From assembly GCA_002189035.1 (NCBI GenBank), contig CM007990.1:124001-188000 (forward strand): 64,000 nucleotides of DNA, written 5' to 3'. The translations under genes and the position numbers were made by a program. Shown here piece after piece: positions 24,834 through 38,562 of this stretch; within the stretch, counting starts at the first letter, position 1, and every line of letters starts with the position of its first letter. The DNA is from Utricularia gibba (taxonomy: Eukaryota; Plantae; Magnoliophyta). Under the pieces are notes generated by a model. That model was not told where the DNA came from, did no database searches, and was given only the letters and a program-made list of their open reading frames with translations.

Positions 24834-27800
24834 TCGAATCTCATCTCATCTCATCCCATTTTCCAAGAAACACACAAAAACACGTGTATGCAGTGTATTG
24901 TTGTATGCGATGGGGCCATTTATAAAAGGTTGGCTCCTCTGTCCAATCTCACATTACAATTTACAACCCCCTCTTGATGATTCAAAGGGCTTGATGCTGC
25001 TCCTTAGCATCACCTGCTACCACCAAACCATGATGCTTATAGCCTAAAACTTCTGTTTCCCATAAATTGCGAGATGGAAATCTATCAGAATGCAATTCAA
25101 AGGACACTTTTAGCCGTAACCATCTTTTCACCAAAGCCCAGAAGGGCAGAGGGCATATCAGTAAATCCCGTAAAGGAAAAAGGCATTAAATTAATAGTAG
25201 TCTCAGGCACGAGGAGTATGTGGGTTCCGTGATTGGGTGGGCCCGTCAACAAATATCTGGACTCATGGACTTGCCCCCAGTCGATGGCAACGTATTATTG
25301 CGGGAATGGAATACGTGTCTGGTTCTTAGTTTCCCAGACGTGGAACCTTTTCCGACCAAGCCTTTTTATTCATTATATTGTATTTTCTTTCTATCCAACA
25401 CCCAAAAGCCACTGCCAAAAAGTCCCGTGTCCTACGGCATACACTTTTCATTCTTGGTGCACCGACGCCCGCGTTTTCCAGGTGATTACACTTTGCACTC
25501 CCCCCATTCTTTATTATCAATATTATTATCCCACTTTTTTCCTTTTTAAAAATCCAAGAAATTACGGACTAAGGAAAGTAAATTTCATTCTTCAAAATTA
25601 AAATATTTGCTCCTCCAAAATTAAAAGGGCCATATTACAAACAAGCGGCGGCTTTTTACTTTTGTTGGGCCATTGTCTGAGTCACTACAAAGAGGCCCAC
25701 ATAGAGCCCAATGTCGGATAATACACACACACACACAATTGCCTAGTCGCCACACTACATGGTAAAAAGAAACACGGTGAGGTAGAATTCTTTTCACCAC
25801 ATGGCGGCAATGTAAAAAAAAACTGGGTAGGGGGAGAAGCGACATGTTGCACCAAAGTCAAGGGTTAGACCTTTCAGGGTAAAACTAATCGCTGACGACT
25901 GCGGGGTTGAAGAGAAACAGTAATTAGTAATTACCACCAGCGCTTACTTTTCGGTTCAAAGGGGTTTTTTTTAGTAGTAACGTGAGAGCGTATCCGCTGC
26001 GCCGGGATTCAGTCATCGGCATTCAACCCCTTTGGCATTAATTAATTATTCAACAGCCATACCACACGGGCGACGCCCAACCCCAGGCTTTTCTCAAACC
26101 AATACGTAAATAGTGTTTGATTCATGAGATTAGATGGTTTAAGCATAGGATTATAAATTCTGGGGGGCTTAAATAAACCCAATATTACTTTTATCTCATT
26201 TCCATCAATTTACGGGATCCATGTTCCATGAAATGCGGTTTCTTGAGAAGTAGGTTTTTTGGCATTAATTAACCTTGATACCCTCCCAAAATTATTCAAC
26301 AACATTATTAGTGTTGGTGTATATAATAAAAAGAAAATTTGAATTTCGATCAGCATTAATGCAGCCACTTACTTGGAACTCCATTTTTACCAAAAACTTT
26401 AATACAAGACCATGGTCGTTTATCGCGTCACCCAAGGATGGAATGGAAGTTCATGGTGCGGGCGTACCCGTACCAGGAGCAGCAGCAGCAAGGTACTAAG
26501 GGTATTTTTGGCATAGTGCAGAGGATGTCCCGGAACCGGACTCAATTATTTTCGGCCAACATCGCAGTAAATCTTTCAATAGCATCGCCTTAGGGTTTGT
26601 TGTCTGAGGAGATGAAGAAGAATCCGGTGCTAGTGAGTGAGTTGACTGCGTGTGTTTTGTTTATTGTTTTTGGGTGCTATTTCTGCACATAAATGCGAGC
26701 AGATATTTTGAAAGCTGATTTGGCAGCTCCAGCCCTCGGCCAACCACACACTGGAAAGGGAAGGATTGGGTTTCTGAGAAGGCGATGGCGGGGGGTTAGG
26801 GAGTGTGTCGTGTCGAGGGCATGAAACGATAACAACACTGGTGAGTGAGTGGGTGAGTGACTGGGCATGGCGTTGAGGTGGAAGGACAGGGCTACTGGGG
26901 GATTGCTCAAGTAGACGAAATCAAGACTTTGAAAAGCAGGGAATGCTAGGAAGATACATCCACACACAAGTGACAGCACAATAACTTCTTCTTCTACTTG
27001 AAAGGACCCAAGACTGGCTCCAAATTCAAGCTCCGTATTAATGCCTCCTGCCTCGAATTAAAGTGCCAACGGACACATGCCATGAGCTTGTCAACAAATC
27101 GAGACCAGTAGACTTGAATTTCTAACACATCGCAACGTATAATGTCTCTGACTTGTTGCTTGCAGGATTCGGGCAATCCAAGTCCACAAACCCTATAGAT
27201 TTTTCCACCAGATCCGTCACCATTGACTTTTGCTCATTCAATTAATTACCTGCGTTCATGGCTGAAGCTCAAGTCAAAATGGACCGTGTGCTCTCTTCCT
27301 GCCTGCCTCCTCGTCTGTGTCAAAACCGAACCAATGCTTTATCCCCGTTTTTTTCCCCTTAAACATGGGTCAATACATACCCATGAGCGCCTACCAATGA
27401 AAGTGTAACCAACCTAGCAAGGGATCATAATACGCGATTTAGAATATTAAAAAACACGTCTTTGCGATGCATAATTGTCGTTTATGCTGGGCTTAGTATT
27501 ATTCGGTAGGGTGATGCGCAGGTTAGGCCAAAACGGTAAGGCCACATTAATGTTGCTGTTGACAAGCTGTGAAGAAGCCCGTTGCTGGCTGGTTTGCCCA
27601 AAGCATTATTCTATTACTTTCTCTCCCCTGTTTTATTCCTGGAACGGGGCACCCCAGAAGAAGAAACCTGATGAATGCAACGCAGCGAAAGACCGAGCCG
27701 GCAGGCAAAACTCGAAACCCAAACGAGGAGAGCCCCCGGGAAGGGGGAAGAGGGATAAGTAATTGAAGTGTCATAATGGAATGGATACATACCCAGCACC

Positions 27801-28379
27801 CAGTTTTGGGCTACGTAAATAATAATTGTTGATCGCTGCGTGTAATAATATTACTGATAATAAAAGAGTTAAGTACAGTGCAGTTGGATTGGTGTTAAGG
27901 AGAATGAATGCAGTGAATGCCGGTAAATGTATGCGCGCGCCTTCTCTCCCTCTACTTCCCTCCCCCGAAAGAAAGATTTCCTGCCTTGCTGCCTGCCTGT
28001 ACTGTAATGTGACTCTGAAATCTGGATAAACCGGCGAGGTCCCGAAGACAACAACACACTTGTGGCCTGTGGGGGTGGTGGTGTTTTCCAGGCCAGCAAG
28101 CAATAACACCCCTTTTTTTCTTTTTCTTTCTACGGCCACCAGATTCAATTGAATTCCATTCATTTCGATTGCATCCAATCCAGTCCAGTCCAGCTACGCC
28201 TACGAATCTATTCTAACAATAATCAATATTTAAGTATTACTTACTTACAATACCCACCACCCCATAATTTAATTACCCAAATCCCTTCCTCTCTCTCCTT
28301 CTCCCTCGTTATATAACCCCGTCATCTCCTCCCTCCACTTCCCAGACCACCCTGTTCTTTGCTTGCTTACACCGGGAAG

Positions 28380-28715
28380 ATGAGCAGAAGAAACGGGCCT
28401 AAGCTTGATCTGAAGCTGAATCTGTCGCCGCCGAGGGCGAGGCAGCCTTCGCCGAGCCGATCACAGACGGTGTCCCCGTCCTCGACGCTCAGCTCCTGCC
28501 TGTCCTCGGAGATGAACACGGGAGCGGAGTCACGGAGGTACTCGACGAGCCCGGAGGCGACGTCGATGATGCTGGTGGGCTGTCCCAGGTGCCTGATGTA
28601 TGTGATGCTATCGGAGGAAGACCCGAGATGCCCAAAGTGCAAGAGCACGGTGTTGCTTGATGTCATTAATGACAGCCGCACCACCGCCACCACCCGAAGG
28701 TTGAAGAAGAGCTAA
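28380..28715 (+). CDS. GL2-interacting repressor (GIR1/GIR2)-like protein, single exon
   Basis: MSRRNGPKLDLKLNLSPP (LxLxL EAR motif), SSCLSSE and MMLVGCPRCLMYVMLSEEDPRCPKCKSTVLLD. Confidence 0.92.
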   Translation: MSRRNGPKLDLKLNLSPPRARQPSPSRSQTVSPSSTLSSCLSSEMNTGAESRRYSTSPEATSMMLVGCPRCLMYVMLSEEDPRCPKCKSTVLLDVINDSRTTATTRRLKKS

Positions 28716-31700
28716 GATTCAGAAGACGCCGGGAAATAAAGGAAAAGAAAGGAATCATCATGACATACCAAGCTATTATAAATTACTAGGTAGGCATTGC
28801 TTCCAATATTAAAGCCCAGAAACCCGAAACAACCGTTTTCTACTACTTTTTCTTTTTCTTTTTTTCTTTTACCTGCAAGTCCATTTCTAACCTTACTATG
28901 AAGTTATAAGAAGTTATATATGACAGCGAAAAAAAAAGGGTGGAGTTACCTTTACATTGTTCTGGCTTACCCTGTTTCTTCTCATTCCAAGGAAAATATA
29001 GGATAAGAATGTGTGGCGCATCTGCAATAATAGTCTTCGATGAACACTACCAATCCTCTTAAGCATTGGGGCACCTTGTTGCTTGCATTTTTACAGAATG
29101 TAGACAGGGTCTAGAATATTCCTCACGCGGCAGCAGTACGGCATCAAAAATCATTTACCTAAACCACAAAGTAGCATAAACTTCCTGATTCAAAGGGGGA
29201 GTCTAATTCACAGCTACAGCATCACAGTAAGATGATGAAGAAACAACAGACATAATTTGTTTTGACGTCTGGTAAAAATGAGATCACATAACCTTAGCAG
29301 AGTAGCCAATAAATGTACGCACAAGTAGTTCAAGGTCGTCATTACAGTTAAGCAAAGAAATCAATGAAATGATGCCGCAACAACCATGCATGTGATGCTA
29401 TTAAGAGATCATCTATTTGTATGTATGCAGTTAGTTATGAAGAAGAGTGAGAAGGTACTCATGTAAATAAGCAACGGGAGGATGGGGTTTGGGGGTAGCT
29501 CCAGCATTGAAAAAAAAGGGGGAACTATATTAGATATGAGAGAACATTAAAAACAAATAAATGCAAGGAGTAAATGGGACAGTTGAGAATAATGAAGATA
29601 TTACGTCATATGATAAATACAAATTTAATTCACATGCAGACGCCCTTTCCTCCTCCTTTAATTCAAAGGTCACCTTCATCATCTACTCATAATTATCGTT
29701 AACAGTCCTCTAAACTGCTTTTAGCTTCCCAGCGCCATTTCATGCGCGCCGCACCTTTATCAAGAACCTATGTGCTCTACAGGCTACAGCCATTTATACA
29801 CAGGAAGCACATTCAAGATGCTAGGGAGCTGTTCTCGGAAATAACGAGAAATGTGATCATAGGGCAGGCAGATGTTGAGACTGTGGTGACTGAAATGTAT
29901 ATTTTCATGGGAGAATAAACTGATGACTTGTAGAAGGAAAACGTAGTGCAGAATGGTGCAAAATGCCCCTAAAAGTTTCAACGGTTTCCATGATCTCTCT
30001 GGAAGTATTGACGAGAGCATGCAGCAGGAATGTAGCAAGGAAAGATGAAAATGAACAAGCAACCTGGTAATACGGTTACCTGGTGAGAGACACATAACCA
30101 CCAGAATGTCCTCTCGTTCTCAGCAGTTTTCACACATCTGAGGCATGGACAGAAAATTGAATGTCGTTGTTCATCCTTGATAACACCGAATGAGACAATA
30201 TATTTCATTCCAAGTAGTGTTTTTCACATTTACACCACATACGGATGGCACCAGTGAGTGGTGAGGTGACAGTGGCGAATAATAGACCGAAGGTAAATTA
30301 AAATTTTCACTTTCCACAATATGGACCAAGTATTGCTGATAAGCATCAGATAATATGGATCGCAGTCACTCTAATGTATTTAGTATTTACTGGATGTGCC
30401 GACATCAATGTCGAGAAAATTATGTGACAGCTGCAGTACGGGACAAATAACAGCTGAAGTCAGTAAAATCACCTCTATCTACAGCCCTGCGGGACTAAGC
30501 ATTGCAAGTTCAGAAGCTGCAGACATAGGTGATTTCATAAACCGAATTCAAGAAAAAGGATTAAATATGGTAAACTAAGAAGCTACACAGTAAGCAACAG
30601 CTGATCAGATGGGTAATATTCTCTGTTCAACACACAGTTAGCTTTAACATCAAACCATGAGAACAAGCTTGTGGGTTTTCAATTTATCACAGTGCGCGCA
30701 TCTTGAGAGGAAAAAGTATGATCATGCAGTGAAAAAAAAATAACTTTTCCGTGTAGTAAAGCGGCTGCATTTTGAAAAGTAGGAAAAATGAAGCTCAATC
30801 TAAACTTCCAGTATCTGCCTTCCATCATATAAAGGAAACTGGCTATATATTCTTTCATCATTTTCCGCAAAAACAAGTCTTACACTACAAAGCGTGTTTA
30901 TCTAAAGGTAAAAACAAGTTCCAAACTAATGCATGGACACTACTGTAAATACTCAGATCAGCTCGAGGAAAAGAATTTAAGCATCAATTAACTCACTGCA
31001 CTTTACATTCTAGAACGACACTCCAACAACCCTACCAGACTTCATTTTACAAAAGAGATCAACCATCGAAAGCTGGATCGTAGATCCTGAAATCAGAGGC
31101 CGCATAAGCCACAACTTTATTACCACACAAGAATACATGATTCTGTAAAATCAATGAAGAGTACAAGAACGCGGACAATGCTCCTAATTTCATACCCAGA
31201 AACACTCAATCACCAAAAGAAACGAAGAATTCGATGGAATATTAGCTGAAGAGAAACATGAAATCAAGAGCAAACACTCCTAATGAAAACTCGGTCTTGA
31301 ATGGCAATCATGTGAGTCGAAAATTGAAGTATAAACGCATTCTGACAAGACGGAGATTTCTAGTGCGCGCTGTATAACAGATGAAATGTAGCCATGACTC
31401 TCGTTGAACCGCGTAACCAAAGCCATCGTCGTTCAGGATTGAGGATTCGACGAACCCATTCCTTCCAGTCAGTTCATTATTTCATTTGGGTCCCCTATCT
31501 TTTGCTTAATTACTTTATTCTTCCTCTGGAATCTTTTATTTTTTGGACAAACACCAAAGAAACCAAAAACTGCAAAGGAACACCCTTTTGGGGTTTAATT
31601 TCAATTTCACAGTTTTATAGTCGTCCCGTAGTAAATTCAATTGATCTCTGTCAATGGCTATTATTTTATTAAAAAAAGGGCAAACGAATATCTTCATCAC

Positions 31701-31921
31701 ATTCAATTTTGTCAATTTTCTGTCGTACTTTTTAATAAAGTTGAAAGATTATTATTACTATTATTTATTATTATTATTGATATGTTTTAGAAATAACTAT
31801 TCTTTTTCAATCATTCAGTTCTCTGAGGCTTTCCCCTCGCCCTTGCGTTTCTCATACATCATCTTTTCCCCAATTTGAACCAAGCGATCTCTTATCCGCC
31901 GCTTGTCTGCGTACCAGCGCC

Positions 31922-33396
31922 ATGACTCTTGGTTCGGGAGGATCCAGTGTTGTAGGTCTGCGCTTTTTACGCTGTTCTTAAACCCTCGTTTAATTTTTTT
32001 TAATCGAACAACGAATGGGTTTTCCAATTTTCGGGGTCGATTATATGTTTGTATGGCGAATTCCGGATTTTTCAGGCAGGATCTTTACGGAGGCATGCTA
32101 TTGTGCCAGAAATTAATCACTGTCTTGGTTTGTTTTGGTTGAAGATTAGCTGAATGCATTTTATCAGCAGAACTGCAAAAGAGATCTTAGTCTTCTTGTG
32201 ATCCAGTTTTCTAGTCCGCAGTTATGTCGTTTGTGGTGCCAATTGGCCTTCGTGTCATGTTTGGCCATTGTTCTTATACCCTCGATTATTTTTTTTTAAT
32301 CGAACAACGAATGGGTTTTCCAGTTTTCGGGGTCGATTGTATGTTTACATAGCGAATTCCAGATTTTTCAAGCGGGATCTTTACAGAGGGATGCTATTGT
32401 GCCAGAAATTAATCACTGTCTTGGTTTTTTTTGGTTGAAGATTAGCTGAATGTATTTTATCAGTAGAACTGGCAAAGAAATCTTATTCTTCTTGTGATCC
32501 AGTTTTCTAGTCTGCAGTTATGTCGTATGTGGTGCCAATTGGCCTACTTGTCATATTTGGCCATTGTTCTGGTAGTAATGTAGCTACTTGGTTCCTGTAA
32601 ATCCAACCACCATATGACTAAGCTGTCCTTTGTGCATCTATGATATCGAGGCCTCAATTGGGTCGAATTAGTGTACTTATATCAAGCTTGCTGCTTTTCC
32701 GTAGTCCCTAGAAATTTCAGGTTGCTGGAGGAACTTGAACGTGGAGAGAAAGGAATTGGGGATGGGACTGTAAGCTATGGAATGGATGATGGTGATGATA
32801 TATACATGCGGTCCTGGACAGGAACCATCATAGGTCCTCATAATGTAAACAGCTCTCTGTTTCTTGCACCGTATCATTATGATAAATAATAGTTTATCTG
32901 TAACTTGGAACTTCTATTTATCATTTCTTTCTACATGGCTCAAAAACCTTTACTTCTCAATGTTCTGTTTCTCCAAATCTTGTTATTTGGAAAACATGTT
33001 TATGGGAACTTCCTACATCCTGTGTTGAAAACGCAGAAGCTGATGACTTGGTTTCTTTGCAGTCTGTTCATGAAGGGCGGATATATCAGCTGAAGCTTTT
33101 TTGCGATAAAGATTATCCAGAGAAGCCTCCCAGCGTCCGCTTCCATTCTCGGATTAATATGAGCTGCGTGAACCATGAAACTGGTGTGGTACGTAAGTAG
33201 CAATCTTGAATCATCTTATTTTGATTCGACGAAGATCCTTGTGATTGATGATGCAGGTGGAACCGAGGAAATTCGGACTCCTTGGAAGTTGGCAACGTGA
33301 GTATACGATGGAAGACATACTGACACAGCTAAAGAAGGAGATGGCTGCTCCCACAACCGTAAGCTCGTTCAGCCCCCCGAGGGAACTTATTTCTAG
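31922..33396 (+). CDS. UEV1: Ubiquitin E2 variant UEV1/MMZ, 4 exons, with an apparent 1-nt frameshift at 33350-33352
   Basis: [11 protein letters not shown]|[29 protein letters not shown]...GPHN|[23 protein letters not shown]...|VEPRKFG...KKEMAAP. The expected tail [14 protein letters not shown] is present in a shifted frame. Confidence 0.96.
31981..32570. repeat. Tandem duplication of about 295 bp inside UEV1 intron 1
   Basis: About 31981-32275 aligns end to end with about 32276-32570, with few differences. Confidence 0.92.
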
Positions 33397-34573
33397 TCAA
33401 TGGCAATGCAATGAACCTCGTTATCGGTACTTCCCCCCCTGTTGTATGATGCTGTTTTCAAGTTTGCCGACTAGCACTTCATCATGTCTACTACGCACTG
33501 TCATTCGGCTATACACTTCTGTGTTTGGTTGCCCTTATGATACATTGGGGCTTGCTCGTTTCACATTTTCAAACTGAAACTTGATAAGAATTGAGAAAAA
33601 ACAACAGGGAACAAAAGCTCCAATGTCCTAGATAGAGCAAACAGGTCTCTTGCCCTTGATTTGAAGATTCTGAGCCTTTCATCACCCCTATCAGTTGCAT
33701 GGTCCAGTCGACAACACCCTATCCAAAGTATGTCCCATTCCCATGGGGACAAAAGTACCCTGAAAACTTGTCCGATTGGTGGGGAAACTGAGTTAATGGT
33801 GACTAAATTTTCTCAATTTACGGTAAAAGTACAGATTCATAGCGCAAGATTTCTTTTCACTGCGCACCGCTCAGCTGCATTATGAGAGCAGTATCACGGC
33901 CCGGGGCTCTTGCAAGTCGGTTCATAAGCACTAACTTGAAACTGTCAAAACCGCTGATATCCATTTCCCTTAACAACTAACTGCTTTGTCTTTCTTCATC
34001 ATCCATCGTCTCTGCTATGCATTAACGGGCCGAGAATGGGGTGACAAACAGTTGGGAATTCAAACCGAAGAAGAGTTGCGAATTGGCGCCATAGATTTAT
34101 TCAAAAGCCTGTGCTTGCCACCGGCCTCGCATCCCCCATCTTAAATGTTCTGCATTTGCTCAGACCACGACGTTGCTTCTTTCGATTTGGGTTTTTGTCT
34201 TTCGAATGATTCACTTTCCTTTGCTCATTTCAGCATTAATTGCCTTAAAATGTGTATCGGAAACCTTAGACGCCGCCCAGGCAGTTTATGGTGTAGCACT
34301 CCCCTCTTTGGCTACAAAACAGAAACACACATTTTAATTATGTAATTTAAGGTTACTGTGTTGTAAAAGAAAAGGTGTATGTATGAATGGCTGGAAATTC
34401 TGACTATTTATTTGACATTTTAAAATTTTGAATGAATAAAAATATATTTAAATCTGAAGAGAGCGGTGGCTTATTTTCTCTGAAATTTATAATGCCCCCA
34501 AAAATAAAAACAGCCGTTAAAAAGCTCGTTTTTTGGAGTTTCACCTCACCCCCTCAAAGCCTGTACCGAGAGA

Positions 34574-35155
34574 ATGAAATTCCCGTTTGTTTTCAAAGCC
34601 AAAGAACAGGCCAACTCCGGCGCCGGGGCGGCAGCATCACGGACATGGCATGCCTGCGCAGCGTCGCCCAGAACTCTCTCCTTCGACACCGCCATAAAGC
34701 CTGTAGCCGAAACGGGGGATTCCGACGAGTTGGCCATCGCCGGCGGGGTGAGATCCGAGCGTCTGTTCTTCGAGCCGGTGCAATCGAAATCCATCGTCGA
34801 AGCCGAAGAAGAATCGAAAGTTTTCAACTTCCCTTTCAAGGAAACAACGGCGATTTTAGCGGTTAACTCTCTGAACCCGTTTCACGATTTCAGAGCATCG
34901 ATGGCGGAGATGATTCAGGCGAACGGGATCAAGGATTGGGATGAACTGGAGATGCTTCTAGCCTGTTATCTTACGGTGAATGTGGAAAGTACTCATGGGT
35001 ATATCGTGAGAGCCTTTGTGGATTTGCTGATTCACCTCGCTCTCTCCCCTGCTTCCGCCATGGATGAAACCCGAAGCTTCTCCTCACCGCTGTCGTTTTC
35101 CTCCTCCACGTCCTCCTTAACGAGCCCCTTCACGTCCTCACTTGAACGTGAATGA
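34574..35155 (+). CDS. OVATE family protein (OFP13/15/18-type), single exon
   Basis: MKFPFVFK, GGVRSERLFFEP and an OVATE domain SLNPFHDFRASMAEMIQANGIKDWDELEMLLACYL...HGYIVRAFVDLL. Confidence 0.93.
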   Translation: MKFPFVFKAKEQANSGAGAAASRTWHACAASPRTLSFDTAIKPVAETGDSDELAIAGGVRSERLFFEPVQSKSIVEAEEESKVFNFPFKETTAILAVNSLNPFHDFRASMAEMIQANGIKDWDELEMLLACYLTVNVESTHGYIVRAFVDLLIHLALSPASAMDETRSFSSPLSFSSSTSSLTSPFTSSLERE

Positions 35156-37390
35156 TCTGAAGACGAAGCAGCAGCAGATGAGCCCAGATCCCACCGCCGT
35201 TGTGAATGTAGTTCTTAATTTGTAAACCACGGGCTAAAAAACCAAAAAACAAATTGGTGTAGGTGGCGTGTGTAATTTATGCTTGTTCGATTGCTAAGCA
35301 TGCAGATTTGTAGTCTAATAATACAATAATTAGCAACAAGTACGGACGCAAGAACCCCCACAACACAACTCCCAGGGGCACAAAAGACGTACTTAGTCGA
35401 ATTCATGGTACCACGCTGCATTCCTATTCAAATGGTTGGAAGGGAAGGGTTATGTGCACCCAGAGAGCAACATTTAATGCAGGGGGAGGTTGGTGTAAGC
35501 TTCCCTCTTTCAAATTCCAGTGGCAGCGGCATCGCACATCATGCCATTCAATGCCATGTGACATGCCGCTGTTCCGAAATGTTACCCTCCGCGCACTTGC
35601 AGGGCAGGAGGAGTGTACCATCCACTCTACGAGGCTATGTATGTATGTATGTATGTATACTTTTCCCTTTTCCATTGCATTGCATCCTCTTTGTAATACG
35701 AGCGAGCGAGTGTTGGAAACCCAGCAGTCGGGGGGAGCACTTGGAAATTTGCCTCGAAATCCAGGCGATGCGTTGACAGCAACGACACAAACCCACCCCG
35801 TGGAATTATTACCATTTCTTGAAGTCACTGTGTCTGAATCTGAGACCATAAAGATTGCATTTTTACTGCACTGTTTCACTCCCCATCATCATACACCCAG
35901 ACAAACATTTGAGATGTCAATCCATTGCAGCGCAGCCCACCACCATCGATTGCCCCCTTCTTCTCCTCCTCTTTGCACACCGGTTTTGGGATGCCCCCGC
36001 AATAAATAAATAAATAAATTAATTAATTAATTACAAAAACCATCATCCAGACAGCAGAATCCTCTCCCAACAGGTATGGGTTTTGCGTGACACCAGAACC
36101 CTTTGACTTGTCAACCAATACATAAATATTTTGTCTCATCTCTGAACCTTCAGTATTTTGTACATGCCCATGACATATTTTAACACTTGCCTGCCTGCCA
36201 CGGTGCCTGAGTATTGGGCCCGGCCCATTAACAACACCCTTACCCCTTCTTACACTGACTCTGCTCCGAAGAAAATGTGTGCAATTTGACCATGCCATGG
36301 TATCTTTACTGCGACATGTCCTTGGATTGTTACTTTGTCTGTTGCCTTCGGGTGTATTCGTTTGTTGCCCTCAAACATTGCTTAGGTTCGTGACCGCTGT
36401 AAAACTGTAAAAAGTTAAAAAAAACAAACACCGCGATCAGTGCGACAGCGCAGTGAAATTTTTACAGTTCATGATTGTGCCTCTCCCCGGTCAGCCCAAG
36501 AGTGTGACTCATCGTACCACCTTCATAATTACCGTACTAATTAAATACATCAAAATTTCCAAATATCCAGACTTGTTTATAGATATGATTTTCCTGGGAG
36601 TGTACATGTGGAGGGATTCCCCCAATTATGGCCGCACTTTATGGCCATGGGCCCGCTAGTCAACGGGGTACTATTGGTTGCAGATTAATTTATGAATATG
36701 TTTTCTACACTTGCGTGACACAAATATGCCCCATCAATCATTCCACGTACGAACGATATACCTAGGGTTAGGGTGACCCATTTGAAAGTATATTTTACTT
36801 AATGAGTGAATTAATGTAGGTAGGTAGACTAGACTAGACTGCGGGGCTATTTTAACTGCGTACGCGTATCATCATTGTTTTCAGACCAAAGGACTGCATT
36901 TATTATCATGTTATTTTCTACTTTTACTGTCCTTCAATGTCAGATATTTACCCGCCCCTACTTAGCAGGCCACAGTAAAACTCACTCACTCACTCACGCA
37001 CCGACGTGGAATGGAGGAGAAAGGGGAGGGGGGGGTCCCTCCCCCCTCGATTTGTTAGTATTTTTACAGGCCTACCAAGTCTACTACTACTACAGCTTTT
37101 GTGATCATGAGGTGCAACCTGTAAAGTATATTGGATTTAAATACAGAAATATTATTATTAGGACATGGACAACGTTACAAGTAACAAAGAAAGATAGCAA
37201 CTTGCGCTAGTTATTGGTCCTAAGAAGGAATTTCATAATTTTCACTGGATTTTTGGCCACGAGATCGACTCCTTTCGCTTCTTTTTTTTTTTACCGCTGG
37301 GGAATGCCAAAAATGCGGTGAAAATCGAAATTCTTACAGCTGGTTAACAACTTAATAGTACCCATGTAGACTAGGCGTAGTTAGGAGAAG

Positions 37391-37915
37391 CTACAGCTGC
37401 ACCCACGTCGCCGCTGCGTAGCCATTCAGATCAGGGTACCCGTACCCGTACCCGTGTGCGCCGTTCCAGATCTCGGTGAAGGCTCTGACGATGATCCCAT
37501 GGTAATAAGGCGAGTTGAGCTGCAAGAAGCAGTTGAGAAGCTCCTTGAGATCCTCCTTCGAATACATCTCCTTCTCCAGAATCATCTGCAGCATCGACTG
37601 CCTGAAGTCAAGGTACGGATCGTCGGAATCTTTCTCCACGGCGACGCCGGAGCCGTCGATCTTTCCGAACCCGCGTACCCTCTGGAAATCCGACTCCGCG
37701 TCGGACCCGGAGGAGAACGTCGTCGTGGTTGCCGTCGTAGCCGTGTTGCCGCAGGAGCTAGCAGGCGAGTAGTGCTGGTGATGATGGTGGCGGCGCGGCC
37801 GTGGCTGAAAGACAGCCGAGACCTTGGGACGCCGGCAGGATCCGCCGCATCCGAACGCCGCAGCGAGCGTCCCGAGAATGCCATTCTTCTTCTTCTTCTT
37901 GTTCCCAGCCAACAT
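37391..37915 (-). CDS. OVATE family protein (OFP6/19-type), single exon
   Basis: Start MLAGNKKKKK, CRRPKVSAVFQP and an OVATE domain AVEKDSDDPYLDFRQSMLQMILEKEMYSKEDLKELLNCFLQLNSPYYHGIIVRAFTEIW. Confidence 0.93.
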   Translation of the reverse strand: MLAGNKKKKKNGILGTLAAAFGCGGSCRRPKVSAVFQPRPRRHHHHQHYSPASSCGNTATTATTTTFSSGSDAESDFQRVRGFGKIDGSGVAVEKDSDDPYLDFRQSMLQMILEKEMYSKEDLKELLNCFLQLNSPYYHGIIVRAFTEIWNGAHGYGYGYPDLNGYAAATWVQL

Positions 37916-38562
37916 GTTTAGTTCTCCTTCTTCCTCTCGGCCTTGGAACCCAAGGTGAAGAAGTGAGATTTTGGTTTGTTGTTGTTGGTGAAGCAGCGGG
38001 CGTGTGGTATAAATGGTGGAAGGGGTTGATTGTTTTGGTAGGGTCCCACCCACGTATTTCTGCCGGTTGAGGGTTATTTTGGTCTTTGACAGCGCATATG
38101 GTCTGCCTGCCTGCAAGTATTTTTACCCTTAATACGGAAAGTGACGTGGACTCCCCTGCCCCTATGCTCCACCCCTCGCCATGTGGCTGGCTACCTCCTA
38201 AACTTGTTTCATCTTGTGATGTTGACAATCGTCATCCTAACACTGAAATAATTTTTTTTCTAATTTCGAATATGTTATTTACTATTTATTTCAATTGTTT
38301 ATAGAAGGGAAGAGCGAAGCGCCACAGTGTCTTAAGGCCCATGTTAAATGGGCTTTGCAAGCCGTGTACCCGGACCCGGCTAATCAGGCCCGTATGTTTG
38401 ATTCGCCCTCTTCATTTGCTTCGACGGGAAAGACGACAATGCAGGTGGGAGCCTTCGAAACTTGGAAGATTGGATATCCCGCGCATTTCGAAGCGACATG
38501 ATCGTGGGAATATGTTTGCCTGAAAGCTGGTTCACCTTTGGATCCGAGTTAATGCACTTAGA

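Noticed and set aside
26480-27220. Possible TIR element between NGAL and GIR (agggtttg / caaaccct)
   Set aside because: Only an 8-bp inverted match, with no TSD or extended terminal repeat.
36762-36775. TTAGGG-like telomeric repeat
   Set aside because: Only two units, which is expected by chance.
38552-38562. Conserved overlapping uORF in the RFL-PPR leaders
   Set aside because: The upstream ATGs are at different offsets and frames (11 nt vs 34 nt) and the peptides are not similar.
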